Notes under the pieces: generated by a model
Databases searched by the model: none
The model's input: the letters and a program-made list of their open reading frames with translations, nothing else
Told to the model about the DNA's origin: nothing
Program-made: the position numbers and the translations under genes
Assembly (NCBI GenBank): GCA_030390025.1
Contig: CM059438.1
Coordinates: 55,740,001 to 55,804,000 of the forward strand
Source of the DNA: Squalus acanthias
Lineage: Eukaryota
Length of the DNA stretch: 64,000 bases
Reading direction: 5' to 3'
Part shown: piece after piece, positions 36,431-49,381 of the stretch
How positions within the stretch are numbered: position 1 is the stretch's first letter
Layout of the letters: each line of letters opens with the position of its first letter

Positions 36431-37985
36431 TTAAAATCCTAGAATGGGACTTGAACCCATAACTTTCTGACTTAGGCTAAAGTGCTGCACTGACAGTTGA
36501 TAAGTGACAGATTCACACCCTTATTTCACCCTCATCAGTGATTATTACACACACTCTGTACGTGCCTCCTTCCCACCTGATGAAAGTGTGTAATAATCAG
36601 CCCCTCTCCATCTCCATCTCTCTCTCTACCTCCTTAGATATGGGGCTGGTGCCAGAGGACTGGAGAATTGCAAATGTTACATCCTTGTTCAAAAAAGGGT
36701 GTAAGGATAAACCCAGCAACTGCAGGCCAGTCAGTTTAACCTTGGTAGTGGGGAAGCTTTGGAAACGATAATCAGGAACAAAATTAACTTGGACAAGTGT
36801 GGCTTAATTAAGGGAAGCCAGCACGGATTTGTTAAAGGCCAATCGTGTTTAACCAACTTGATCGAGTTTTTTGATGAGATAACAGAGAGGGTTGATCAGG
36901 GTAATGCGGTTGACGTGGTGTACATGGATTTCCAAAAGGCGTTCGACAAAGTTCCACATAATAGGCTTGCCAGCAAAGTTGAAGCCCATGGAATAAAAGG
37001 GACAGTGGCAGCATGGATACGAAATTGGCTAAGTGACAGGAAACAGAGAGTAGTGGTGAACGGTTGTTTTTTGGACTGGAGGAAGATATACAGTGGTGTT
37101 CCCCAGGGGTCGGTTCGAGGACCACTGCTTTCCTTGATATATATTAATGACTTGGATGTGGGTGTACCGGGCACAATTTCAAAATTTTCAGATGACACAA
37201 AACTTGGAAATATAGTGAACAGTGAGGAGGATAGGGATAAACTTGAAGAGGACATAGACAGGCCGGTGGAATGGGCAGACACGTGGCAGATGAAATTTAA
37301 TGCAGAAAAGTGCGAAGTGATACATTTTGGTAGGAAGAACAAGGAGAGGCAATATAAACTAAAGGTTACAATCCTAAAGGGGGTGCACGAACAGAGAGAC
37401 CTAGGGGTTTTTGTCTCGGGCTTATTTGTCGATGAGGTCTCGAAGCCACTTTGTCCAGGGTACCCCTTATTAATAACTCTGGGGAATATGGGAATTTTGA
37501 GAACCCTACACTCCCCCCTGTTGATACTAAAACTCGCTTTAAGTATCATACCTACGAAGGTGAGCAAAATTCCGACCCTCCACAGCCAACTTTCCCCGTA
37601 ATTATCTATCTATAGTCCCAAAAAAACTTACATTTCCCTATAGTGTACTTGTTCCAAAAATACAGATACAGGTAAGAATTCACTTTAATACATTCACATC
37701 CAAGCACGGAGGGGGTCCAACACCCCTGCACCACTTGGAAAATACATACATAGAAAATTTTATTCTCAAAATCGATCCAGGCTCGTCTCATGCTTTCCGA
37801 TTTCCTCTCTGTAGGGACACACAAAACAGATAGCCATGTCCCGAGAAGGTTCTCTGGCTTGACAAGTGATCGAGTCTTGAGAATTTAAACTTAACTCACT
37901 AAAAATCCTTAAACTACAAAACCTATAAAAAAGTTTAAATCAAAAGAAACTATATACATTCGCCGTCCGTCTCCGGACGGCTAGC

Positions 37986-39083
37986 CTAACTCCTGTCAGG
38001 ACTGTGGCAGGCTGCTCCCTGCAGCGTGTCTGTACGGACCCTTACTTCTGGTCCCTCACAGCCTGCGACTGTTGGCTGGTGACCTTTGTCTTTTAACTTA
38101 ACTGTAGCTCGGGAGGTCGCCCCTTTAAACTGGAGAGTCGGCAACCATGCCTTCCTAGGTTGAGGTGTCCGAGGGGACCTCCTAGGAAGTGCTATAGGTG
38201 GGGCTACCCTAGCGAGCAGACCCTTGCCGTGGGTCGCAGTCCTCGCTGGCTGGGGGCTTTTCCCCCGTGGCTCCTCCCCTCCCAAGTCTGAGCTGGGGAC
38301 AGGCAATCTCTCGCTGCCTGCTGCTGTTGGCTGAGAGTCCTCGCCTTCAAAACCGGGGGCGGGGCTATCTGGTTCGGGCTCCTCCTCCTCCCCACCTGAG
38401 TCCCAGAAGAGAGGGGGGATGGTTTGAACAGGGGCCTGGGTGACTCCTCCCTCAACGCACGCAACTGTGCCTGAGCGTGTTGCCTGTGAGCTGAGACCTG
38501 CTGGGAGCTGAGGACTTCTAACCTTGGGGTGGTCCACCCTTGCTGGCTCCTCCCCTTTGTCAGGTTTAAACAGTTTGCACTGGTTAATGCTGCTAGCAGC
38601 CTGCCAGTGAACCTGTTTTAAAACCTTGTCCGCTGCCTCAAACGGACCTTCTATGGACTCCCCATTCTCTCTCTTTACCAGGACGGCCTTAAGGACGGGA
38701 TCCTGGGCTTGGACCTGCTTTAAGTCCGGGGCCAAAGCTACCCCCTGTGTGCCTCCCTTGTCCTGGATTGCAGCTACCGGACCTGCTTTGTAGGGATTCC
38801 AGAACTCTCCTTCCCTGGCCCCCTGCTTGGCCGACTTGTTGGCATTTTGGTTACCCTCCCACATGGTATGGAGGGATCTTAAATCTATGTCCAAAGGTTT
38901 GGACATTGCCCCAGCCTGCTTGTTCCCTGTGAATATCATTAAACTGTGCGGGACCCTGTTAGACCTGGGTGAATTGGTCGGGTCTTCCGAATAGACCACC
39001 GTGCTGGAAGCTCCGGTGTCCACTAGATGTCTCCCCTGCACTTTCTCCACCCCCATCTTACCATCGTATCCCGGGGAACACAA
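37986..39083 (-). pseudogene. Remnant pol: aspartic protease motif fused to deleted pol pieces
   Basis: LVDTGAS motif; no YxDD, RNase H or DDE motifs visible. Confidence 0.6.
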
Positions 39084-39107
39084 GTGGACAGGCTGCGCTG
39101 GTTCTAG

Positions 39108-41035
39108 TCATAGGTCTGCTTTGTATGGGGCTGATAGGGTCAGAGCACCGCTGGTTGCTGCTATCTTCCCCTGACTGGCCAGGAGAACCCGCAGTGATTC
39201 AAGAACGCTCTCCACTGTGGGGGTCCCAGTGTCTACCTTTGAGCCTGGAGCTGTGGAGCTCTTTCCCTTGGTGTCCTTCCAGGGGTTTTTGCAATCTTTG
39301 CGCCAGTGGCCGTCCTTCCCGCAGCCATAGCAGTTTAACTTATTCTGGGAGGGACGGTTTCCCTCCTGGTGCCACTGTTTCTTATTCTGGCCCCCAGGTT
39401 TAACCTCGTGGACTTTCCCTTTGGGCTGGGGCGTCTCAATTCCCCTCCCGTTATTTCTAAATGCTACCGTGAGCTGGCGGATCACCATTTCTTCGGTGTT
39501 CTGGGGATTTCGGGGGTCAAACCAGGCCGCAGCCTGGGCTCGGATTTGGGGCAGGCAGTTTGTCATGAGACAACGGAGCCAGTGGGCCAATTGGTGTCTG
39601 TTGAGGAACGTCCACACTGGCGTTCCTGGGCACGCGCTCCAGTAGACTGGCCACAGCCTGTCTGCGAATGCCTGCGGGGACTCCCCGGGGAGCTGTACAG
39701 TTTTTTCCACTCGGGCGAACGGACTCCCATCATTTAGTCCCATGGCCTCCAATATCTCATCCCTTAACTCCTCGTAATCTTTCTGTCCCTTCTTACACTC
39801 ATCCAATAGGGTTTGGAGGAGATCACTACCCAGAGAGAACAGCAGCATTTTTGCTTGTTCTGCCTCATCGCAGTCATTAACGCATGCTGCCTGGTCTATC
39901 TCCTGGAAATGTAGAGAGGGGTCCCCCCCCACTGTGAGCTTAGGGATGTGTCCAACCATGGCTCTGAGCTGTTGGGTACCATGCGGCACTACAAACTGGT
40001 TCTGGATGGCCCCTAGGTCCTCTCCATCGGCTGGCGGGCCGTACCTCTGTTGTTTGAGGGGGTACACTGGTCCCGGACCCGGTTTATCCCCTAGGGCCTG
40101 CTGGGTCTCCCCTAATACTCCATCCTCCACCCCCCCCCTTGCTGCCAGGCCTCCTGAAAACTCGGGGCTATGGGTGGCGGTCGTGAAACCTCTGATTCCC
40201 TAACCAGTGCCTTTCTGGAAGCTGCCTGTGGGACTTCCCTGCTTGGGTTGCAGGTAAAATCCAACTGGCCCGTCTTCGGGCTAATGAGGCATATCATGCC
40301 CTTCGCCCTTACTAAGGCCATGCCCAAGCTTTCTATTTCTTGCCTGCAGGGGCCGTGGTCTGCGTATTCAAACCCCTGGGCACAAGCCAGCTTATATGCT
40401 GCTTTTACTTCGCCTACTTTCTCCTCCTGCTCTTTCAACTCTTGCGTGAGGCTGGAAATCTTGTCCATTAACCTAACCTCACTACCTCTCGCCTCTCTGA
40501 CCTGGTATTCCAGGTGTTCCATCCGGTGCCTAGCGCTACTTTTGAGCTCAGCGATCCGGTCTTCCAGGCGCTCTGACTTTGCCTGGTGTTCCCTTTGAGC
40601 TTCAGCGGCCCGGGCCCTCATATGCTCTAACTCAGCCTGATGGTCCCGTGCCGTCTGTGCCCTCTCTTGGCTTACTGCCTGGAGGGCCACTACTACTTTC
40701 TCCTCCGCTGCAGTCTTTTCCTGCAGCTCTCGGGTCAACTGTTTGATCTTGGCTGCCCGTGTTGCAACAGCACGGTCTAACACTAAAACCTGCTTTTTCA
40801 AACACATGAGCCAGACCGCTTTTTCAATACCTCTCCTGTACTCTTTACTTGCTGTCCACTGGGCAGCTGCATCTAGGGGGCGCTCGGCTTTTAACATATC
40901 GCACACCCATTTTTTTGCGATATTAACTTTGCCGCACACACAGGTGGATAACCTTTGCTCCATTGCGGATTCCTCCTCCGCAACACGGTCTGCCTTATCA
41001 CACGCTTTCGCCTGGGCTCCTGCCTGACTCGCCAT
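39108..41035 (-). pseudogene. gag-like region: coiled-coil ORF (40112-41035) and capsid/CCHC ORF (39108-40130), with a frame change at a homopolymer run
   Basis: CYGCGKDGHWRKDC zinc knuckle; QLPGESPQAFADRL MHR-like motif; C run at about 40130-40138. Confidence 0.78.
41017..41034 (-). other. Primer-binding site, tRNA-Arg(ACG)-like (TGGCGAGTCAGGCAGGAG)
   Basis: 4 nt after the LTR end. 16/18 match to the complement of the vertebrate tRNA-Arg(ACG) 3' end as recalled (TGGCGAGCCAGCCAGGAG). Confidence 0.7.
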
Positions 41036-44002
41036 TTCTGTAAGGGGTTTTTGTCTCAGGGGCTTATTTGTAGGTCAGCCAGTTATGTTTTCCTGGACTG
41101 TTCTGCCCGCTGTGCGGTTGCGAATCGCTATCCCCTTCCTAGTTCTGAGCCCAGGACTTATCGAGCGGCGATAAGGACAAACGAACAGACCCGTGGATTG
41201 GTGTGAGGAAAACCAATGTTTATTTAACACAGATGAAACATAACATGTCAATCTTAACTTCAGTACAAACGAGGGAAATGACAGTAGAACAATACCTCAC
41301 CCCTCCCAACCCCACTTTACTAGCTAAGTTAGACTCTTGAGGACCAGGGATAATGCTCACCAAACGAATCCTTTGACAGTTGAGATATGGTTTAAAGTCC
41401 TTTTAAGTAAAAAGTTTCATAAGGCCCTTGTGCCTCGAGGTGTTTGATGGTCACTGGAACCGTTGCTCTGGTTTCTTGCGTGTCAGTCTGTTTCTGGAGC
41501 TGCTGGCCTTCTTTGTTGAACGGTCTTGTTTCTGTTGAACTGTGTACTGGAGAACTCCTGTGCTTCAGCTGTCCTGCTTGTAGCCTGTCTGTGTGCCTTG
41601 AACAGCTTGTTTTTTAAACTGCTAGGCTGCAAAACTGCTCGTCTCATCTTTGTGGAACTCCCGCTTCTTCCAGCACAGGTCTCTGTAGCACCCCGGCTTG
41701 TAGAACTCCCGCTTCTTCCAGCACAGGTCTCTGGTTATACTGTTCGATTGTTCCTTATTGGCCCGCCAAATCTTCCCAGTGCTTTGTTTAATTCTGGTGG
41801 GCTTGTTAAGGTTGTTAACTTTAATGGCAGGAGATGGCTTTTAACGATATTAAATATTTGTTAAGTGGAGGATGATTGCTGGTCTGATGGTTGTTCATTT
41901 GTGTTGAGTACGTCTTTGTATAAATGCTAAACAGTTTGATGGGGCTGGAGACGGGTCGACCACCTGTCTGTAGAGGCCAGCCCCGCCTCCTTTGGCAGCC
42001 TGTACTGAGGTCTGTTTAAAAATGTTTTAAAATGTCCCTGTTCCAATACACTCAATTGGTTTTAAAATGTCCAAAGCCCCCTTTTCTTAGGGTCTCTCTC
42101 ATTTTCCTCTGAGTCTTTTGGGGGTCTGGGAATTTCGCAACTCTCTTACAGACTCAGGCATGTCACCTGGCCTGCTGTTTTTGCAGGGCCCTGGTTTCTG
42201 TTCAATGTCGCAGGCTTCTGCCATGAGGTCTAGAAGCCACTTTGTCCAGGGTACCCCTTATTAATAACTCTGGGGAATGTGGGAATTTTGAGAACCCTAC
42301 AGGTATATGTGCACAAATCATTGAAGGTGGCAGGACAGGTTGAGAAAGCGGTTAAAAAAGCATCCGGGATCCTGGGCTTCATAAATAGAGGCATAGGGCT
42401 GGATTATAATAGCCCTGAGGAGGCGGGTTTGGTGGCAGCGAAAATGGCTTCAGACTGCCAACCCGCCTCCATCCCACCCCCACGCGATTTTCATGAGTGT
42501 CGGGTCAGCCGCTCCCAAACTGACCCGACGGGAACCGGTGGAACAGGTAGTTAAGAGCCTGTTAACTGCCTTGCTAATCCTATTTTTATAGTGGTTTCCT
42601 ATTTTCGTGTTTCTGGCTCCTGTTTCCTGTCTTGTCAGAAACAGGCCAGCTGCAAGGAGACGAGTTTCTCGAGGACATGATTTGTAGTCATTGGTGCAGC
42701 ACTTTTAAAAGCGCTCCTGTAACATGGCTGACATTCAAATGCAATAATTTTGTTGTTGGAGGTTTGGGATAAGATTTTGCAAATCTACTGACCTTGACTG
42801 TTCAAGCTGACAGCCAACTGCAGTGTGACCTGATTGGAATAATTTCAGGCCACTTTGAGTGTGCACTTGCAAGCTTCTTGCCTCAACTGAAATCTATAGC
42901 AATGGGATGGGAACCATTTACATCCTCTCATCCTGGTCGTCAAATTCAGAGGAAGAGCAGCCGCGGCAACACCACAACCAGCCACAACAGCAGCACCAGG
43001 AGCGCCAACCTCCTCCTCACCCACCTGATGACGCACAGGGCAGAGGGCCTCAGCGTAGGGCTGTACCTCGCTGCAGGAGATACTCCAACACAGGGTATAC
43101 AGGCCGAGGATGAGCTTCCTCAGCATGAGTGAGCATCAGTGCCAAAGAAGGCTGAGACTTTCGAGAGACGTAGTTGCTGAGATCTGCGCAATGCTGCACC
43201 AACACCTGGAGCCCAGAGGAGCATGTGGACACTCCTTGCCAGTTGCTGTCAAAGTCACCACTGCACTCAACTTCTTTGCTTTGGGCTCCTTCCAGGGATC
43301 AGCTGCAGACATCAGCGGCATCTCCCAGTCGGCCGCACACACCTGCATCACGCAGGTCACTGATGCCCTCTTTGCAAAGGCACACAATTACATCCACTTC
43401 TCCACGGATGGCCCAAGTGTGACGGTGTGTGCGGTTGGCTTTGCAAATATGGCAGGCTTGCCAGTGGTGCAGGGCGTCATTGACTGCACACATGTAGCCA
43501 TTAGGGTTTCCTATCACAACCCAGCTGTATTTGTCAACCGCAATGGATTCCACTCCCTGAACGTCCAGCTGATGTGTAACCACAGGAAGATCATCATGCA
43601 TGTTTGCGCAAAGTACCCTGGCAGTTGCCATGACTCCTTCATCCTGCGCCAGTCTACTGGGCCTCAGCTCTTCCATCCGCCAACCCAACTTTCCAGATGG
43701 CTTCTTGGTGACAAGGGCTATCCCCTGAAAAAGTGACTTATGACACCAATGAGGATGCCATCAAACGATGCTGAGGAGCGGTACAATCTGAGTCACATAT
43801 CCACCAGAAGCATCATCGAGCAAACCATCAGCTTGCTCAACATGCACTTCCGATGCCTAGACAGATCTGGTGGAGCCTTGCAGTATGCACCAGCCAGGGT
43901 GTCCAGAATCATCGTGGTCTGCTGTGCCCTGCACAACATTGCACAGCAGCGCAGCTTAGTGCTTCCGGACGAACAAGTGGCTCAGCACACAGCTTCCTCA
44001 GA

Positions 44003-46548
44003 AGAACATAAGAAATAGGAGCAGGAGCAGGTCATTCAGCCTCTCGAGTCTGCTCCGCCATTTAATGAGATCAAGGCTGATCCAATTTTGGCCTCAACTC
44101 CACTTTCCTGCCTGTTTCCCATAACCCTTGACTCCCCTGTTGCTCAAACATCTGTCTATCTCTGTCTTGAATATATTCAATGACTCAGCTTCCACAGCTC
44201 TCTGGGGTCAAGAATTCCAAAGATTCACGACCCTCTGAGAGAAGAAATTCCTCATCTCCGTCTTATGCTCTTCCTCACAAGTGGTGACATTCTACATAAG
44301 AACATAAGAAATAGGAGCAGGAGTCGGCCATTTGGCCCTTCAAGCCTGCTTGGCCATTCAATAAGATCATGGCTGATCTTTTACCTCATCTCCACTTTCC
44401 TGCACTATCCCCATATCCATTGATTCCCTTAATATTCAAAAATCTATCGATCTCTGTCTTGAATATACTCAACGACTGAGCCTCCACAGCCCTCTGGGGT
44501 AGAGAATTCCAAAGATTCACCACCCTCTGAGAAAAGAAATTCCTCCTCATCTCCGTCTTAAATGGGTGACCCCTTATTCTGAGACTATGGGGGAAAAATT
44601 CAGTTGGTTGCGCCTCCCGTTAGCGCCTTAAGAGGGCGCTAATGGGGCGCAAAGCAACTAGCGCCCGGGCGCGGCGATGTTTGCGCCGCTCGGGAAATTA
44701 ACTAAACATTTTGCGGCGGTGCTAAACACTACCGCCACGATCTCCTGCGCCGGCAGATCGTGACGTCAGTCGAGTGCGCAACGCCCCGGTATCACCCCGG
44801 AGCGGATATTGAGTGGCGCCCCCTGCCTTACCGCCTGACGCAAGCAACGACAGGTTGAGGGGAGCGTTCTGCAGTCATGAAGGGAAAGGGGGAGCGCTAT
44901 TTAAAGGTGACCGCTTCCTGCCTTTTATTGTTGATGCCATTTTTGAACTACGCATTCTGAGAGAGAGAGGGAGAGACTTCTGGAGAGATTCAACGCTGTG
45001 TGAAGGAGGTTTGGGTACTGAGCAGCACTTTGCAGGTTCATTTTGATTTGCCATTCCTTGTATCGATTTAGAAGAGACTGTGGGGGCTGCACTCTGAGCT
45101 CTTTGCCTGGTACTCTCCATTGTTCTTTCCAGCAGATTTGATGTGCAGGTCTCTCCAGGCCGAGATTCAAGGCTGCAATGAGCAGGATGTGGATGGAAAG
45201 CAAGATTAACCATCCCCTTTAAGAACTGGCCCGTGCCATTGTGTGTGTGTTCCATTGCTGACTGACATTACATGAGCTTCGCCAGCGCTCTGAGGTAGCG
45301 CCTCGCTCCTCGGCCTTTGCGCCTTAAGAGAGGTGTGAAGCGCCTGATTTAGCGCTCCAATCCCCTCCAGGGGCGATAAAAGTCAAGTTTGCAGTCGGTG
45401 GCGATAATTAGCGCCAGGCGCTAATCTTTGCGCCCGGCCGATAATTGCGCCCCAAATGGGGCGATACTGAATTTCTCCCCCTATGCCCCCTCGTTCTAGA
45501 TTCCCTGATGATGGGAAACATCCTCTCAGCATCTACCCTGTCAAACCTCCTCAGAATCATGTTTCAATAAGATCACCTCTCATTCTTCTAAACTCCAATG
45601 AGTATAGGCTCAACCTTTCCTCATAAGGCAACCCTTTCATCCCAGGAATCAACCTAGTGAACCTTCTCTGAATTGCCTCCAATGCAAGTATATCCCTCCT
45701 TAAATAAGGGGACCAAAACTGTACACAGTACTCTAGGTGTAGTCTCACCAGCGCCCTGTACAGTTGTAGCAAGATTTCCCTACTTTTATACTCTATCCCA
45801 CTTGAAATAAAGGCCAACATTCCATTTGCCTACTTGCTGTACCTGCATGTTAACTTTTTGTGTTTCATGTACAAGGACACCCAGATCCCTCTGTACTGCC
45901 ACATTCTGTAGTCTTTCTCCATTTAAATAATATTTTTCTTTTCTATTCTTCCTACCAAAGTGGATAGCTTCACATTTTTCCCACATTATACTCCATCTGC
46001 CAAATTCTTGCCCACTCACTTAACCTATCTAGATCCCTTACCAGACTCTTTATGTCCTCCTCACAACTTGCTTTCCCACCTATCTTTTTGTATTGTCTGC
46101 AAATTTGGCTACAATACACTCGCTTTCTTCATCCAAGTCATTAATATAGATTGAAAATAGTTGAGGCCCAGCACTGATCCCTGTGGCACCCCACTAGTTA
46201 CAGATTGCCATCCTGAAAATGACCCATTTATCCTGACTCTCTTTTCTGTTAGTTAGCCAATCCTCTATCCAATCTAATATATTACCCCCAAACACCATGA
46301 GCTCTTATCGTATGCAGTAACCTTTTATGTGGCACCTTGTCAAATGCCTTTTGGAAATCCAAATACACCACATCTACTGGTTCCCCTTTATCCACCCTGG
46401 TCATTACCTCCTCAAAGAACTCTTTGTTTTATCTCGATTTGTCAAACACGATTTCCCTTTCATAAAGCTATGTTGACTCTGTTTGATTGTATTATGATTT
46501 TCTAAATGCCTTGCTACTACTGCCTTAATAATGGATTTGAGCATTTTG
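44003..46548 (-). mobile_element. CR1 fragment inserted in the Harbinger transposase
   Basis: Tail AACATAAGAA at about 44004 and RT pieces; the transposase's acidic tail resumes at about 46549. Confidence 0.88.
44589..45481. mobile_element. Harbinger-type MITE, 893 bp, CpG-rich ends
   Basis: TIRs GGGGGAAAAATTCAGT / ACTGAATTTCTCCCCC; TSD TAT; the empty site restores CR1 GAGACTATGCCCC. Confidence 0.88.
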
Positions 46549-47984
46549 CCGAGGAAGAGGACAAGGAGGAGGACGGGGAGCGACGCCTAGCGGGACCGGA
46601 TGTGGCCAATCCAGCAGCAGGCGACTACATTGCTGGCCGTCAGGCAAGGGATGCACTCATCCATGCCAGATTCGCGTAAGCTTACACTTCAACCACAGGT
46701 GGCTGGCACATGGAGATGAATATAAGTCCGACATTCTCAAAACCCCAGGCATCATCTGCCCAGTAACTGGTGGTTTGCGCTCCGTGTCACCACCAACATT
46801 CTACATGGAATTCTCCCTGAGCCCTCACTCTTGAACTTCCATTTCCCAGAACACAGAGGCCACACTTTAGGTGATCTCAGCAGATCATTAAAGTTTTTCG
46901 ACACTGAACCCATGTGCGTCTGCACACAGACCTCGAACTCACCTCCTCAGCAATTTGCAGCCAAGCTACCTTGGTTTGCTGAGGAGACCTCCTCCTTCGG
47001 TTTCCAGGGAAGAGGACCTCCTGACGTCCTATAACTCCCTCCACAAGAGCATGGAGGGAGCCCTCATTGAACCTGGCTGCAGCCTTAGTTTTTGGCGTTG
47101 CCATTCCTGCAGCAGCCGGCACCTTTAACAGAAAAAACTAATGCTTCTGCAAAGGGGACATGGCCCCTTTAAATCTTTACTGAAACACCACGTCATCAGA
47201 GGCAAGAACCTGATACTCTGCAAGCAATTGCCTGGAGGGACCCGCACCTCGGCAGTAACAAGGCCAATCAACCTAAAACCTCATCTGCGGGGCGGTGGCA
47301 GCCAGGAGCAGGCCCGCCATCAGCCTGCCTCCTTCATTAAAATCCAGCCCATAGAGTACAAAAGCAAGGAACCTGTATTAAACACTGGTCCAGCCTCAAC
47401 TGGAGTAGTGTGTCCAATTCTGGGCACTGCACTTTAGGAAGGATGTGAAGGCCTAAGAGAGGGTGCAGAAAAGATTTACAAGAATGATCCCAGGGATGAG
47501 GGACTTCAGTTACGTTGATAGATTGGAGAAGCTGGGGTTGTTCTCCTTAGAGCAGAGAAGATTGAGAGGAGAATTAATAGAGGTGTTCAAAATCATGAGG
47601 GGTCTGGACAGAGTAGATAGAGAAAAACTGTTCCCATTGACAGAAGGGTCAAGAACCAGAGGACACAGATTTAAGGTGATTGGCAAAAGAACCAAAGGCG
47701 ACATAAGGAAAAACTTTTTTACGCAGTGAGTGTTTATGATCTGGAATGCACTGCCTGAGAGAGTGGTGGAGGCAGACTCAATCATGGCTTTGAAAAGGGA
47801 ATTGGATAAGTCCCTGAAGGAAAAAATATTGCAGGGTACGGGGAAAGGGCGGGGGGAGTGGGACTTGCTGAAGTGCTCTTGCAGAGAGCCAGCATAGGCT
47901 CGATGGGCTGAATGGCCTCCCTCTGTGCTGTAACCATTCTATGATTCTACCTCTCCCTCCATCTCTTTCTCTACCTCTTTCACT

Positions 47985-49381
47985 CCTAGATTGGAGAAAA
48001 GCTGATTTTGAGGGGCTGAGAATAGAACTTGGGCAAATAAAATATTGGCAAACAATGACGTAGAACAGCAATGGGAAACATTTAAAACGGTTTTCAGCAG
48101 AGTCCAGGAAAAATATATTCCGCTAAAAAAATAACAAACTAAACACTAATGGGACACCATGGATGAATAAAGCCATAAGGGAACAATTGAGGGTAAGGAA
48201 AGAGGCATACATTAAGTACATGGACAGCAGGGGAGAGCATAATAAGGGAGAATATGAAGAGATTAGGAGAGAAGTCAAAAAAACAATTAGGAAGGCAAAG
48301 AGGAACTATGAAATTAAATTATCAAGGAACATAAATCAAAATAGTAAAATATTTTAAAGGCACATAAATTAAAAAAAGGAAGGTCGGGATGGGACTAGGA
48401 CCACTACGGGATGGACAGGATAATACCACAGACAGCGATAGAAAGATAGCAGAAATATTAAATAATTACTTTGCTTCAGTATTTACCAGGGAGATTGAAC
48501 AGGTTGACATGACATTGGATCTGAGATTAGTAATGAAATAACTGCATTTAAAATAAAGAGGAGATATATTAAAAAAAACTAATCAAACTCAAAGAGTAAA
48601 AAACACTGGATTACAGCTGCGCATTTTAAAAGAATCTAGAGAAGACATAGCAGAGGCATGACGACACATATTTAACAATTCATTAAAAGAGGTGTAGTGC
48701 CAGAAGACTGGCGGATACCTAACATAACACTTATATTGAGGAAGGGAGATAGAACATGTCCAGGGAACTATAGACCAGTCAGCTTAACATCGGTGGTAGG
48801 AAAAATAATGGAATCCCTACTAAAGGAGAAAAGAGAAGAACATATAGAAGCCAAAAATATTATAATGAATATTCAACATGGATTTCAAAAGGAAAAGCCT
48901 TGCTTGACCAACCTCATTAATTTTTTTGAAGAGGTAACAGAGAGAGTAGACAAGGGTAATGTAGTAGATGTAATTTATTTAGATTTTCAAAAGGCCTTCG
49001 ATAAGGTGCCACATAATAGACTGATGAACAAGGTCAGAGAATGCGGAGTCAGGGGACAAGTAGCAGAATGAATAGCTAGCTGGCAGAAAGCAGAGAGTAA
49101 GGGTAAAGGGTAGCTATTGACAGTGGCAGAAGGTGGGTAGTGGTGTTCCACAAGGATCAGTGCTGGGACCACTGTTGTTCACAATTTATATTAATGATTT
49201 AGACTTTGGAATCAAAAACACAATTTCTAAATTTACAGATGACACCAAATTGGGGGGGGGGGGGGGAGATAGTTAATACTGAGGAGGACTGCAACAAATT
49301 ACAGGAGGACATTAATAAACTTGCAAATTGGGCATATAATTGGCAAATGATTTGAACACAGATAAATGTGAGGTATTACAT
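47985..49381 (+). mobile_element. AT-rich CR1 ORF2 fragment
   Basis: PEDWR, GNYRPVSLTS and DFQKAFDKV motifs with stops. Confidence 0.85.

Larger units (their letters stand above)
37404..42301 (-). mobile_element. Non-autonomous Gypsy/ERV-like LTR element: 5' LTR 41039-42301 (about 1.26 kb), internally deleted 3' LTR 37404-37510, gag and protease, no RT
   Basis: LTR ends TGTAAGGGG...CCCTACA; shared terminal segments at both ends; PPT GGGGGGAG at 37511-37518 (minus); PBS at 41017-41034. Confidence 0.85.
42396..47350 (+). mobile_element. PIF/Harbinger DNA transposon, decayed: transposase (+, about 42900-44003 and 46549-46679) and Myb/SANT-like remnant (-, 46877-47104)
   Basis: TIR GGGCTGGATT(A/T)TAAT at both ends; 3-bp TSD ATA; HARBI1-like IDCTH, HDS and GDKGY motifs. 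Confidence 0.9.
36630..47950 (+). mobile_element. One CR1 RT/3' region in three pieces (about 36630-37408, 42302-42395, 47351-47950)
   Basis: The pieces rejoin as GACCTAGGGGT|ATATGTGCAC and GAGGCATA|GAGTACAAAAGC once the LTR element and the Harbinger are removed. Confidence 0.85.

Noticed and set aside
43110..44018. Host HARBI1 gene
   Set aside because: Bounded by TIRs and a TSD, contains a stop and frameshift, is interrupted by CR1, and related copies lie nearby; it is a transposon.
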